Assembly (NCBI GenBank): GCA_021736785.1
Contig: JAIPFF010000024.1
Span: 1,507 to 65,506, forward strand
Direction of reading: 5' to 3'
Source of the DNA: Thiohalocapsa sp.
Lineage (GTDB): Bacteria > Pseudomonadota > Gammaproteobacteria > Chromatiales > Chromatiaceae
DNA length: 64,000 bases
Shown here: positions 1 through 9,241 of the stretch, in pieces
How the letters are laid out: each line of letters opens with the position of its first letter
How positions within the stretch are numbered: position 1 is the stretch's first letter
Notes under the pieces: generated by a model
What the model saw: the letters and a program-made list of their open reading frames with translations, nothing else
Database searches by the model: none
What the model was told of the DNA's origin: nothing
Translations under genes and position numbers: made by a program

Positions 1-845
1 AGGCCGTCCAGCGATCTCGGCAGCAGCGCCGCGGTCGCCTCTCCCGCCTGCGCCGCGAGCAGTTGCACCACGTCGGTGCCGGCGCGGATCTCGCGCAGCA
101 CGCCGAAGAACTCGGCCGCATTCGCGGCACCGATGCGGCCCTGCACGAACAGCCGCTTGCCGGCATCGGACAGGTTCGAGCCGATGACATTGGAGATGTC
201 TTCCCACCCACGGGGACTGGCGCCGACCAAGTGGTCGTTGGCGAGCTGGGCGTGGGTGTCGTCCAGCTTGTCGGGACGCACCTTGAGGTAAGCCATCACC
301 TCGGGCGCGAAGTCGCGTGCAACCGCGTATTCCAGGAAGACCTCGATGGCCGTCTGTACGTTGAAATGGAACATCCGGTCGGCGAGCGCCGTGCCCATAT
401 CGTGGCTGACGGCGCCATGAAAGGCGGCGTTGCCGGCCGCGACCACTTGCCAGCCGTCCGGCAGCCGATAATGACCGACGCGCCGGTCCAGGATCAGGGA
501 ATAAGCGGAAATCTGCAGACGCTGATCCGCCGCCGTCAACTCATCCAGGAACAAAATGCCGGCGGGCTCGTCCGGGCTCGGCAGGAACTCCGGCGGAAAC
601 CAGACCGTCTTCGACTGTTGATCGTCGGCGTAGATGGCTCCGCGGATGTCAACGGGCTCGATGGTCGTCAGCCGCAGGTCGACCAGCGGCACGTCGAAGT
701 GCTCGGCGACCTGGCGCACGATGGAAGACTTGCCGACCCCGCGCGTGCCCCACAGCATGGACGCCCGCCGCCGGAGCACGGCATCGGAGAATTGCTCGAT
801 CAGCGCTTGCTTGGCCGCGGCGATCGAGACCGGCGGGATGTTCAT
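1..845 (-). CDS. MoxR-like AAA+ ATPase (N-terminal ~281 codons; 3' end lies beyond the window start)
   Basis: Not in the ORF track because it is open at the window edge. Hand translation from ATG 845..843 gives MNIPPVSIAAAKQALIEQFSDAVLRRRASMLWGTRGVGKSSIVRQVAEHFDVPLVDLRL... Walker A 'GTRGVGKSS', Walker B 'GILFLDELT', 'VVAAGN' sensor region. No stop codon down to nt 1. Confidence 0.75.
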   Translation of the reverse strand, partial: MNIPPVSIAAAKQALIEQFSDAVLRRRASMLWGTRGVGKSSIVRQVAEHFDVPLVDLRLTTIEPVDIRGAIYADDQQSKTVWFPPEFLPSPDEPAGILFLDELTAADQRLQISAYSLILDRRVGHYRLPDGWQVVAAGNAAFHGAVSHDMGTALADRMFHFNVQTAIEVFLEYAVARDFAPEVMAYLKVRPDKLDDTHAQLANDHLVGASPRGWEDISNVIGSNLSDAGKRLFVQGRIGAANAAEFFGVLREIRAGTDVVQLLAAQAGEATAALLPRSLDG

Positions 846-917
846 GGGATTACCCTGCAAGACGAGCTCCTATGGCAGAGGGTCGCGGCGCCGGCGGCAG
901 GGGCCGGCGGCCGGGCA

Positions 918-1994
918 TCAGGATTGGGTGGCCTTGACCGGCTGCGCCGACACTTTCCCGCTGCCGGCGTCGACGACCCAAGCGTCGCCGCGCAGCGGGC
1001 GCGGCACGGGTGGAATCTCGATGCGCGGCATCTCGCGCAGCATGAAGAAGCCTACCAGCATCATCGGCGGCGCATGGAAAATGAGCATGCGCAGCACCGA
1101 GTTCTCGTCCATGTCCAGGAGCCGCACCGCCGGCGTCGCGGCCAGGATCGCCAGGCCCGTGAGCAACGGAATGGCGCGCTGGAAGGTCACTCGCCAGCGC
1201 GCCTTGCCGTGGCGCGGGTGAAAGCGCGACGGCGGCGCGGAGAGTGTCTTGGCCAGATGTGAGACGGTCTGGCGGATCTTGAGCTCCACGTCGGCAGTGC
1301 GCTTGGGCTCGGTCGAAGGCACGCGGATGGTGCCGCGCCAATAGCTGACGAAGTGCAGGCACGGGCGCCAATGCCAGCCGAGCACGGCGAGCAGGTCTTC
1401 CGGGATGCGCAGGGTCTCTCCCGGATCGGCGGTCAGCTTCACCTCGACCGGCATGCCGCGCACTTTGTCGAGCTTGATGGCGACATTCACCCGATCGATG
1501 CGCGCCCGCGCCTCGGACAGCGCCGGCAGCGCCGGGCCGCCAGCGTCGTCGGCGGCGCCGAGATCGAGTCGGTAGCTGCGCAGCACCGCGACGCCGTCGT
1601 AGACCCGGTAGTGACGATCGACGGGCACGCGCACGACCTGATCCACCAGGCGTTCCAGGTCATCGCCGCTGGCCGCCAGTACCGCCGTGGCGCCGGCGGG
1701 ATCGGTCACCGTGCGGGTCAGCCGGTGCTTGCCCTTGGCGGCGAGCTCCAGGCTCAGTACTTCGCGCAGGGGCGTGGCACCGTCCTCGTCCCAGAGGTGC
1801 TCCCGCGGCTTGAACACCAAGCGCCGGGCCGATCGATCGGAAGCGGCCAGATCGGCCTGGAAGCCCCGGCGCGTAAACGGCGCGATGATGGACAAAATCT
1901 CGTGATGGGTCAGCGGCTGTTCCCGAGACCGCTCGGCATACGGATCCGGCGGCGGCGCGGGCGGCGGCTCGTACTGGATACGAATCTGTGTCAT
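918..1994 (-). CDS. hypothetical protein with a Pro-rich N-terminus and two C-terminal predicted TM helices
   Basis: ORF 918..2222 (-). I chose the internal ATG at 1994 (MTQIRIQYEPPPAPPPDPY...). An alternative ATG at 2171 overlaps the sirtuin stop (TGATG). Hydrophobic stretches 'AIPLLTGLAILAATPAV' and 'MLIFHAPPMMLVGFFML'. No family recognised. Confidence 0.5.
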   Translation of the reverse strand: MTQIRIQYEPPPAPPPDPYAERSREQPLTHHEILSIIAPFTRRGFQADLAASDRSARRLVFKPREHLWDEDGATPLREVLSLELAAKGKHRLTRTVTDPAGATAVLAASGDDLERLVDQVVRVPVDRHYRVYDGVAVLRSYRLDLGAADDAGGPALPALSEARARIDRVNVAIKLDKVRGMPVEVKLTADPGETLRIPEDLLAVLGWHWRPCLHFVSYWRGTIRVPSTEPKRTADVELKIRQTVSHLAKTLSAPPSRFHPRHGKARWRVTFQRAIPLLTGLAILAATPAVRLLDMDENSVLRMLIFHAPPMMLVGFFMLREMPRIEIPPVPRPLRGDAWVVDAGSGKVSAQPVKATQS

Positions 1995-2170
1995 GGCGAT
2001 TCCGTCTACTTTGGCTGCGGCGACCCCGAGTACTGCGCTGGCCTTCGACACGGAGCATGGGGTCTCGGATGTCGTGATTGCAAACTCGGCTTGCGGGCCG
2101 ACGGTCTTCGATCCGGCCACGGCGGCGGCGGCGGGCGACTCGCCCGCCCGGGCAGGAAATTCGATCGTCA

Positions 2171-3028
2171 TCAGTCGCGCGGGTTCAAAACACCCACGAC
2201 ATCGTGCAGCACTGCGCCGCATTCGGCGTCGAGCTTCAGGACCGCCAGCGGATCGGCCCGCGTGGGCCCGAGATTCAGCAGCGCGATCGGGATGCCGTCT
2301 CGCGCGGCCCGCACGCAGAAGCGATAGCCGGAGAACACGGTCAGCGACGAGCCGACGACGAGCAGCCCGCGCGATGCATCCAGGCGCTCGAACGCCCGCT
2401 CGACCCGCGGCTTCGGTACGTTCTCGCCGAAGAACACGACGCTCGGCTTCAGTACGCCGCCGCAGCGCGTGCAGGCCGGCACCTGCAAACCCGCTTCGAG
2501 CGCCTCGCCGAGCATCGCGTCGTCGTCGGGCGCGAGCTGTCGGGGATCATCCACCGGTGCATAGCGCGGATTGTCGCTGCGCAGACGCTCCTGCATCAGG
2601 TCGCGCGACAGGCGCGCACCGCAATCGAGACAGTCGACGACGTCGAGGCGCCCGTGCAGGTCGAGCACCCGCCGCGAGCCCGCACGCTGATGCAGGCCGT
2701 CCACATTCTGGGTGATCAGGTGCGTCAGCAAGCCGCGCTGCTCGAGTGCCGCCAAAGCCCTGTGCGTCGCATTCGGGCGCGCCCCGGCGACGCGCGGCCA
2801 GCCGACGAAGCTGCGTGCCCAATAGCGCCGGCGGGCGGCCGGGTCGCGAACGTAGCGCTGATAGCGAATGGGCTCCGCGCCTTTGCGGCTCCCGTCTCGG
2901 TTACGATAGTCGGGGATTCCGGAAGCCGTGCTGCAGCCGGCCCCCGTGAGGGCGAGCACCGGCCGGTTCTCGAGCAGAAAATCGGCGAGCGCCTGTGCTG
3001 CGGAGGCCTCGCAGGCCGAGGAAACCAT
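2171..3028 (-). CDS. NAD-dependent protein deacylase, Sir2 family (looks class II/SIRT4-like)
   Basis: ORF 2171..3199 (-), trimmed to the ATG at 3028 (MVSSACEAS...). Motifs '[14 protein letters not shown]', '[11 protein letters not shown]', a Zn ribbon 'CLDCG...CTRCGG' and '[11 protein letters not shown]'. Confidence 0.85.
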   Translation of the reverse strand: MVSSACEASAAQALADFLLENRPVLALTGAGCSTASGIPDYRNRDGSRKGAEPIRYQRYVRDPAARRRYWARSFVGWPRVAGARPNATHRALAALEQRGLLTHLITQNVDGLHQRAGSRRVLDLHGRLDVVDCLDCGARLSRDLMQERLRSDNPRYAPVDDPRQLAPDDDAMLGEALEAGLQVPACTRCGGVLKPSVVFFGENVPKPRVERAFERLDASRGLLVVGSSLTVFSGYRFCVRAARDGIPIALLNLGPTRADPLAVLKLDAECGAVLHDVVGVLNPRD

Positions 3029-3207
3029 GGGCGAAGGCGAGGACAATTCGGTGCTCACCGGCCCATACCGAGCGATTCGGGGTGCATGTCGGCCCGTTCG
3101 GCATGGCAGAATCGGACCCGGTTCTCGGCGCCCCGGCCATTGATTACCGAGGGCGCTGTCCAGACTTTGTTGACCAAACTTGCCATCGGATCCGGACAAC
3201 TACCCAC

Positions 3208-4545
3208 ATGTCAGAACGAATTGCGGTGATCGGCAGCGGCATCGCCGGCCTCGCGAGTGCCTGGCTCCTGTCTCAGCGGCATCAGGTGACGCTGATCGAG
3301 AGCAACGACTATATCGGCGGCCACACGCATACCCTCGATGTCCCGGAGAACGGCCGTAGCGTGCCGATCGATACGGGCTTCATCGTCTACAACATCAAAA
3401 ACTATCCGCTGCTCACGCGCCTTTTCGAGCGTCTCGGCGTCGAAACCCGTGAGAGCGACATGTCGTTCTCCGCATCCATCGGCCCCGGCGCCACGGAGTA
3501 TGCGGGCGACAATCTCAGCACGATCTTCGCACAGCGCCGCAACCTGATCAGCCCATCGTTTTTGCGGATGCTCGCGGACATCCTTCGCTTCAACCGCCTA
3601 TGCAAAAAGCGCCTGACGGGCGCGGGCTTCGATGGGCTCAGTCTCGGCGAGCTGCTCGAGCGCGAGCGCCTCGGGAGCGTTTTCAGGGACCATTATCTGC
3701 TGCCGATGGCGGCTGCCATCTGGTCGTGTCCGACCAAGACGATGATGGACTTCCCGGCCGAGAGCCTGGCGCGCTTCTTCGACAACCACGGCCTGATCAA
3801 CGTGATCGACCGCCCGCTGTGGCGCACCGTCGTCGGCGGCAGCCGCGCCTACGTCGAGCGCCTGGTGGCCGACATCGGTGCCGACAATATTTTCCACGAC
3901 GCAGCGGTGGCCGTGTGCCGGCGCGAGCAGCATGTCGAGGTTAGGCTGCGCTCCGGCGCGGCGCGCGCGTTCGACCATGTCGTGCTCGCCTGCCACGCCG
4001 ACCAGGCGCTGGGCATGCTCGAGCGCCCGACGGAGCGCGAGGGCGCGCTGCTCGGCTGCTTCCGGTATCAGCCGAATCGCACCATCCTGCATACCGACAC
4101 TCGGCTGATGCCGAAACGCCGGGCGGTCTGGGCCTCCTGGAACTATCTCGCGCGGCTCGGACACGATGGCGAGCGCGCCGTCTCCGTCAGCTACTGGATG
4201 AATCGGCTACAGGGCCTCGACACCGAGCGCGACTACTTGGTCACTTTGAATCCGCTGGTGGAGCCGGACCCGGAGCAGGTGATCGCGGAGATGACCTATG
4301 ACCACCCGGTGTTCGACCAGGCGGCAATGACCGCCCAGCAATCACTGCCCGAGCTCCAGGGTGCCGATCGGCTCTGGTACTGCGGCAGCTACTTCGGCTA
4401 CGGCTTTCACGAAGACGCACTGCGCGCCGCGGTCCAGACGAGCCGTCTCCTCGGAGCCGACACCGACTGGCTGACCGAGCCCCGCCCTGCCGGCGCGCTC
4501 GCGCCCGGCGTGGCACCCGTGCCCGCCCTCGACGGTGCGTCTTGA
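3208..4545 (+). CDS. NAD(P)/FAD-dependent oxidoreductase (amine-oxidase-like flavoprotein)
   Basis: ORF 2995..4545, trimmed to the ATG at 3208. N-terminal dinucleotide fold 'RIAVIGSGIAGLASAWLL'. Sits in the conserved trio with DUF1365 and CFA synthase. Confidence 0.85.
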   Translation: MSERIAVIGSGIAGLASAWLLSQRHQVTLIESNDYIGGHTHTLDVPENGRSVPIDTGFIVYNIKNYPLLTRLFERLGVETRESDMSFSASIGPGATEYAGDNLSTIFAQRRNLISPSFLRMLADILRFNRLCKKRLTGAGFDGLSLGELLERERLGSVFRDHYLLPMAAAIWSCPTKTMMDFPAESLARFFDNHGLINVIDRPLWRTVVGGSRAYVERLVADIGADNIFHDAAVAVCRREQHVEVRLRSGAARAFDHVVLACHADQALGMLERPTEREGALLGCFRYQPNRTILHTDTRLMPKRRAVWASWNYLARLGHDGERAVSVSYWMNRLQGLDTERDYLVTLNPLVEPDPEQVIAEMTYDHPVFDQAAMTAQQSLPELQGADRLWYCGSYFGYGFHEDALRAAVQTSRLLGADTDWLTEPRPAGALAPGVAPVPALDGAS

Positions 4546-4548
4546 GTC

Positions 4549-5337
4549 ATGACAGCTGACGCCATGCAAGGCGGTACCGTCGACAACCCGCATAGCATCT
4601 ACTTCACCCGCGTCATGCACCGGCGGCTGTTCCCGGTCGCCTACCGCTTCGATTACCGGGTGTTCAGTGTGCTGCTCGACCTCGATGCACTGGACCGGCT
4701 GCCGCGCCTGCTCTCCAGCGGCCGCGCAAATCTATTCCGCTTCGAGCCGAAGGACCATGGCCCGCGCGACGGCAGTCCGCTGCGCCCCTGGGCCGAGCGG
4801 TTATTGGCCGAGCACGGCATCGGTCTGGGCGGCGGGCGCATCCGCCTGCTCTGCTTTCCGCGCGTGCTCGGCTACGGCTTCAATCCGCTCAGCCTGTGGT
4901 ACTGCGAGCACGCGGACGGCACGCTGCGGGCGGTCATCGCCGAGGTCAACAACACCTTCGGCGAGCATCATTTCTACCTGCTTGCCGACGGCGGCAAGCC
5001 GATGGACTGGCCGGCGCGCTCCAGCGCGGGCAAGTGCTTCCATGTGTCGCCGCTGATGGACATGCAGGGCGGCTATCGTTTCCGGCTGTCCCGGCCGGGG
5101 CAGCACATCGCCGTGCTGATCCGCCAGCACGACGAGCACGGCCGCTTGAAGCTAGTGGCTACCCAAAGCGGCGAAGGCTTGCCATTGACCGACGCGGCGC
5201 TACTGCGGGCGCTGCGGCAGATGCCGCTGATGACGTTCAAGGTCATGGTCGCTATCCACTGGCAGGCGCTGAAGATCTGGCTCGGCGGCGCACGCTATTT
5301 CCCCAAACCCGACCCCCCGCGTCAGGAGGTAACCTGA
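4549..5337 (+). CDS. DUF1365 family protein
   Basis: 262 aa. 'IYFTRVMHRRLFPVAYRFDYRVFSVLLDLDALD' is typical of DUF1365. Starts 4 nt after the upstream stop. Confidence 0.8.
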   Translation: MTADAMQGGTVDNPHSIYFTRVMHRRLFPVAYRFDYRVFSVLLDLDALDRLPRLLSSGRANLFRFEPKDHGPRDGSPLRPWAERLLAEHGIGLGGGRIRLLCFPRVLGYGFNPLSLWYCEHADGTLRAVIAEVNNTFGEHHFYLLADGGKPMDWPARSSAGKCFHVSPLMDMQGGYRFRLSRPGQHIAVLIRQHDEHGRLKLVATQSGEGLPLTDAALLRALRQMPLMTFKVMVAIHWQALKIWLGGARYFPKPDPPRQEVT

Positions 5338-6578
5338 TGGCAAGCGATAAGACGGCCGAAGCCGCGCTTCCACTGACCCGATTGCCGGCCCTGCGGCCGT
5401 TTCGACATGTCCTCGATCGCATCTCCCGCGGTCACCTGCGCGTTCGCATCGGCGATCGCGTGCACGAGATGCACGGCGCCGAGCCGGGCCCGAGCGGCGA
5501 GCTGCGTATTCATCGTCCGCTCGATTTCGCGCGCCGGATCGTCACCAACGGCCATGTGGGCCTCGGCGAGGCTTACATGGCCGGCGATTGGGACAGCCCC
5601 GATGTGACGGCGCTGATTCACACGCTTGCCGTCAACGAGCACGCCTTCCAGGCGCTGGAGGAAGGCAGTTGGATCAACCGCATCGTATCGCTGCTGCGCC
5701 ACCGCCGCCGCTCCAACACCAAGACCGGCAGCCGCCGCAATATTGCCTATCACTACGACCTGGGTAACGCCTTCTACCGGCTCTGGCTGGACCCGACGAT
5801 GACCTATTCCGCCGGTGTCTTCGAGCAGGAAAGCGACAGCCTGGAACAGAGCCAGCGCAACAAATACGAGAAATTGCTCGCGATGCTCGACGCCGAGCCA
5901 GGCCAACACTTACTGGAAATCGGCTGCGGCTGGGGTGGGCTCGCCCGCGAAGCCGCGACGGCGGGGTTCGAGGTCACGGGCATCACACTGTCGAAGGAAC
6001 AGTTGGCCTGGGCAAGCGAAACGCTGGCCGATACGCCCCTGGCCGACCGCATTGAACTGCGGCTGCAGGACTACCGGGATCTGACCGGCCAGTTCGACCA
6101 CATCGTATCCATCGAGATGTTCGAGGCCGTCGGCGAGGCCTACTGGCCCACCTATATGCAGACCCTGCGCCGCTGCCTGCGCCCCGGCGGGCGGGCAGCG
6201 CTGCAGGTCATCACCATCGACGAGTCGTTGTTCGAGGTCTATAAGGCGAGCCCGGATTTCATCCAGCACTACATTTTCCCGGGCGGCATGCTGCCGTCGG
6301 TCGAGCGCTTCGACAAGGCAGTGGCCGACGCCGGGCTGCGCATCGTCGAGCGTACCTTCCACGCCGCCGATTACGCACGCACGCTGGCACTATGGCGGGA
6401 TGCCTTCGATGCGCGGGAGGACGACATTCGCGCACTCGGCTACGACGACCGATTCCTGCGCATGTGGCGCTACTACCTGTCCTACTGCGAAGCGGGCTTC
6501 GTCGACGAGCGCATCAACGTCATGCAGGTTGCGCTGGCACCCGTGGACGCGACGGATGACGGCCTTCCGGGCGACTAG
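5337..6578 (+). CDS. cyclopropane-fatty-acyl-phospholipid synthase family SAM-dependent methyltransferase
   Basis: ORF 4896..6578, trimmed to the ATG at 5337 (TGATG overlap with the DUF1365 stop; AGGAGG lies 8 nt upstream). SAM motif 'LLEIGCGWGGLA'. 'NIAYHYDLGNAFYRLWLD' and 'MWRYYLSYCEAGF' are CFA-synthase signatures. Confidence 0.88.
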   Translation: MASDKTAEAALPLTRLPALRPFRHVLDRISRGHLRVRIGDRVHEMHGAEPGPSGELRIHRPLDFARRIVTNGHVGLGEAYMAGDWDSPDVTALIHTLAVNEHAFQALEEGSWINRIVSLLRHRRRSNTKTGSRRNIAYHYDLGNAFYRLWLDPTMTYSAGVFEQESDSLEQSQRNKYEKLLAMLDAEPGQHLLEIGCGWGGLAREAATAGFEVTGITLSKEQLAWASETLADTPLADRIELRLQDYRDLTGQFDHIVSIEMFEAVGEAYWPTYMQTLRRCLRPGGRAALQVITIDESLFEVYKASPDFIQHYIFPGGMLPSVERFDKAVADAGLRIVERTFHAADYARTLALWRDAFDAREDDIRALGYDDRFLRMWRYYLSYCEAGFVDERINVMQVALAPVDATDDGLPGD

Positions 6579-6725
6579 GCGCCCAAGCGTGCCCGCCCGC
6601 CGCGGCGGGCACCTGGTGCGCCGGCATCCAGGGCGGGTAGCATGCGCCGGGGGTGCGCGGGGCTCGGACTTCGCGGCTACCGGCGAGCACCGCGGTGCTG
6701 CCGGCAGTCGTCCCGGGATGCAGCT

Positions 6726-8579
6726 TCAGGCCGCATCCGCACCGCCGCCGCGGGTATTGAATGCGACCCGCCATTGCTCATCCTCGCCGCTCAGCGGAAT
6801 GGCGGTCAGCTCCAGCGTTCCGACATCCGACACCGCCGCCTGCAGGCGCACCGGCACCACCTCGCCCTTCTTCCGGTTCTCGGCCGGCAGATTGGTCTGA
6901 ATCTCTTCCAGCTCTTCGAGCTCGTCGTCCGACCATTCTTCGAGCAGGTCGCCGGCCTGATCTTCGCGGCGGATGCTGGAGCCGAAGAAGCGAAAGCGCA
7001 CCGGCTCGCCCACCACGAGGCCGAACTCCTGCGGCGCGCTGACCGGCTCCGAGCCTTCTTCCAGACCGAACGGCACCACGCAGAGTGCTTGCAGCTCCGG
7101 CTCCATGCCCGGAATCGCCGGCATACTGCGCTCGACGCCGACATAGTAGGAATGCGAGGTGCCGCCGCGGATGCGCACCCCGCCGTGCTTGCGCACATAG
7201 GAAAAGAAAGCCGCGCCGCGGGCCACGGCCAGATCCAAATCCTGCGCCTCCAGCAGCCGCGCGGGCGGCGCGTCCTCCGCGGCCAGCCATTGATTGATCA
7301 CCTGCAGCACGCGCTCGCGCAGTGCCGGCGCCTTGAACACGCCGCCGTTGAACAGCACGGCCGTCGGATGCAGGAACGTGGCCCAGTGCGCGTGCTCGAC
7401 GAAGCCCTCCAAGTCCTCCGTGGCGCCGGCCTGCTTGCCGAGGAAGGCGGCCAGATGCCGGGTCACCGCCGGGTCTTGTGCAAACGGCAGTCCCACCTTG
7501 GTCAAGGCGCCGCGGGCCCGCTGGGCAGGCCGCTCCGAGACCTCCACTTCGGGGAAAAAGCCCTCGATCAGCGTCGCCGCCACCTCCTCGCGGGTGAGCT
7601 CGGTGCGGATGCTGCCGCCGATCAGCTTGGCGCCGCGGCTCGGTACAACCACCGGCACGGAGGCGAGCTCCTCGTCGGCCAGCAGCGCCTCTTTCGCATG
7701 CCGGCAGCCGTGAGTCAGCGCCTGCAGCTGCCATCGGTCGAGCTCGACGCCGCCGGACTTGAGCTTTTGCTTGACCAGATGCGCCAGCGTCAGATCCATA
7801 TTGTCGCCGCCGAGCAGGATGTGCTCACCAACGGCCACACGGGTCAGTTCCAGCGCACCTTCCTCTTCGGTGACCGCGATCAGCGATAGGTCGGTGGTGC
7901 CGCCGCCGACATCGACGACGAGAATGATGTCACCGACCTTCACCTCGTGACGCCAGCGGCCTTTGCTGTCGTTGACCCAGCTGTAAAGCGCGGCCTGTGG
8001 CTCTTCGAGCAGGACCAGGTTGCCGATACCGATGGCGCGTGCCGCCTCGGCGGTCAGCTCGCGCGCCGCGGGATCGAACGAGGCCGGCACCGTGACCGTC
8101 ACGTCCTGCTCGCCGAGCGGATCGTGCCCGTGCAGGCCGTTCCAGGCCTCGCGCAGGTGCGTGAGGTAGGCGATGCTGGCATCGAAGGGCGAGATCTGCG
8201 GGATTTCGTCCGGCACCTCGGGCGGCAGGATGCTGGACTTGCGGTCGACATCGGGATGACAAAGCCAGCTCTTGGCGCTCGATACCAGCCGAATCGGCGT
8301 GTTGGCGCCCTGTTTACGGGCCAACTCGCCGGTCAGGCGCCCCGGGTCGCTGGGCCAGGGGAGGCTCAGATCGCCGGGCTTGAATTCATCCGGATGCGGC
8401 AGGTACAGAAATGACGGCAGCATCGGGCGCGGCTCTACCGACCCCGGCTCGGTGAGCTGCGGCACCGGCATCAGCTGCTGCTCGACTTCCTCGCCGTCGC
8501 ACTTGGAAATATCGACGAACGACAGCGACGAATGGGTGGTCCCCAAATCAATGCCGATGGCAAAGCGCGACGTGCTCAC
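6726..8579 (-). CDS. atypical Hsp70 family ATPase (no canonical substrate-binding domain)
   Basis: 617 aa with a GTG start that overlaps the upstream stop (GTGA). Actin-fold/Hsp70 nucleotide-binding-domain motifs 'IGIDLGTTHS', 'VVDVGGGTTDLSLI' and 'LFNGGVFKAP'. The C-terminal third is acidic ('EEWSDDELEELEE') and unlike the DnaK substrate-binding domain. Confidence 0.85.
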   Translation of the reverse strand: MSTSRFAIGIDLGTTHSSLSFVDISKCDGEEVEQQLMPVPQLTEPGSVEPRPMLPSFLYLPHPDEFKPGDLSLPWPSDPGRLTGELARKQGANTPIRLVSSAKSWLCHPDVDRKSSILPPEVPDEIPQISPFDASIAYLTHLREAWNGLHGHDPLGEQDVTVTVPASFDPAARELTAEAARAIGIGNLVLLEEPQAALYSWVNDSKGRWRHEVKVGDIILVVDVGGGTTDLSLIAVTEEEGALELTRVAVGEHILLGGDNMDLTLAHLVKQKLKSGGVELDRWQLQALTHGCRHAKEALLADEELASVPVVVPSRGAKLIGGSIRTELTREEVAATLIEGFFPEVEVSERPAQRARGALTKVGLPFAQDPAVTRHLAAFLGKQAGATEDLEGFVEHAHWATFLHPTAVLFNGGVFKAPALRERVLQVINQWLAAEDAPPARLLEAQDLDLAVARGAAFFSYVRKHGGVRIRGGTSHSYYVGVERSMPAIPGMEPELQALCVVPFGLEEGSEPVSAPQEFGLVVGEPVRFRFFGSSIRREDQAGDLLEEWSDDELEELEEIQTNLPAENRKKGEVVPVRLQAAVSDVGTLELTAIPLSGEDEQWRVAFNTRGGGADAA

Positions 8580-9241
8580 AACTCCACCTCCGCCGCCGCC
8601 AGGATGCGTACGTCGCGGCTGGTCGCCACCTTCGGCAGGCGCACGTCGACGGCGCGCCAGCCGCGGTGCACCAACGCACCCGTGAACGGCGGCTCGCCGA
8701 CGACGTTGCCGGTCGGGCGCACCGCGGCAGGATCGAAGCCTTTAACCAGGGTGACCCGGCTGCCTTCCTCCTCGTCGCGCACCGGCGCGATGCTGAGGTA
8801 CTCATGCAGCACGCGCCGGCAGCCTTGATGCACCACACGGGCGGCGGCGCCGATCTCCTGATCCGCGTAGCCGGTGATGTCTTCTTCGAGAAAATCGACG
8901 AAGCGGCCTTCTTTCTGCAGCAGTCCGAGCAGCACCAACGCCGAGTCGGGCGGCGCGTCCTGCAGTTGCGCGGCCGGCGGCACCGCCTTCGGCGCGTGCT
9001 CGTCTGCCTGCTCGAGCGCGGGCCGCGCGTGCGCGGTGGAAGCCCGATCGACGTAAATGTCGGTCAGCGCGCGGGCATAGTCGGCATCTGCCAGCGCGCG
9101 CCCGAAGCTATAGGACGCAATGGGCAAACGCTTGAGGACGATCCAGGTCTTGCGCGCGGCGATCGCCAGCGCGCGCCCGGTAGCGGCTGCCGCCCTACGC
9201 AAGGGGAGGAGCCGATCCGAGGACGACTGCGGGTCAGTCAT
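8576..9241 (-). CDS. DUF2760 domain protein (usual partner of atypical Hsp70 genes)
   Basis: 221 aa. 'LLGLLQKEGRFVDFLEEDITGYADQEIGAAARVVHQGCRRVL' resembles DUF2760. Its stop overlaps the Hsp70-like start by 4 nt. Confidence 0.65.
   Translation of the reverse strand: MTDPQSSSDRLLPLRRAAAATGRALAIAARKTWIVLKRLPIASYSFGRALADADYARALTDIYVDRASTAHARPALEQADEHAPKAVPPAAQLQDAPPDSALVLLGLLQKEGRFVDFLEEDITGYADQEIGAAARVVHQGCRRVLHEYLSIAPVRDEEEGSRVTLVKGFDPAAVRPTGNVVGEPPFTGALVHRGWRAVDVRLPKVATSRDVRILAAAEVEL

Noticed and set aside
63-1262. 399-aa plus-strand ORF, along with other overlapping ORFs at 76..291 and 634..1221
   Set aside because: It lies antisense to the MoxR-like ATPase and to the membrane hypothetical. 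The translation is Arg/Gly/Ala-rich with no motifs. It is a typical shadow ORF of a GC-rich genome.
2171-3028. Sir2-domain protein as an anti-phage effector (Thoeris, DSR or SIR2-HerA type)
   Set aside because: The protein is short (~285 aa) and has the complete canonical deacylase motif set and a Zn ribbon. It has no fused sensor domain and no HerA, TIR or Argonaute neighbour. It is more consistent with a housekeeping sirtuin.
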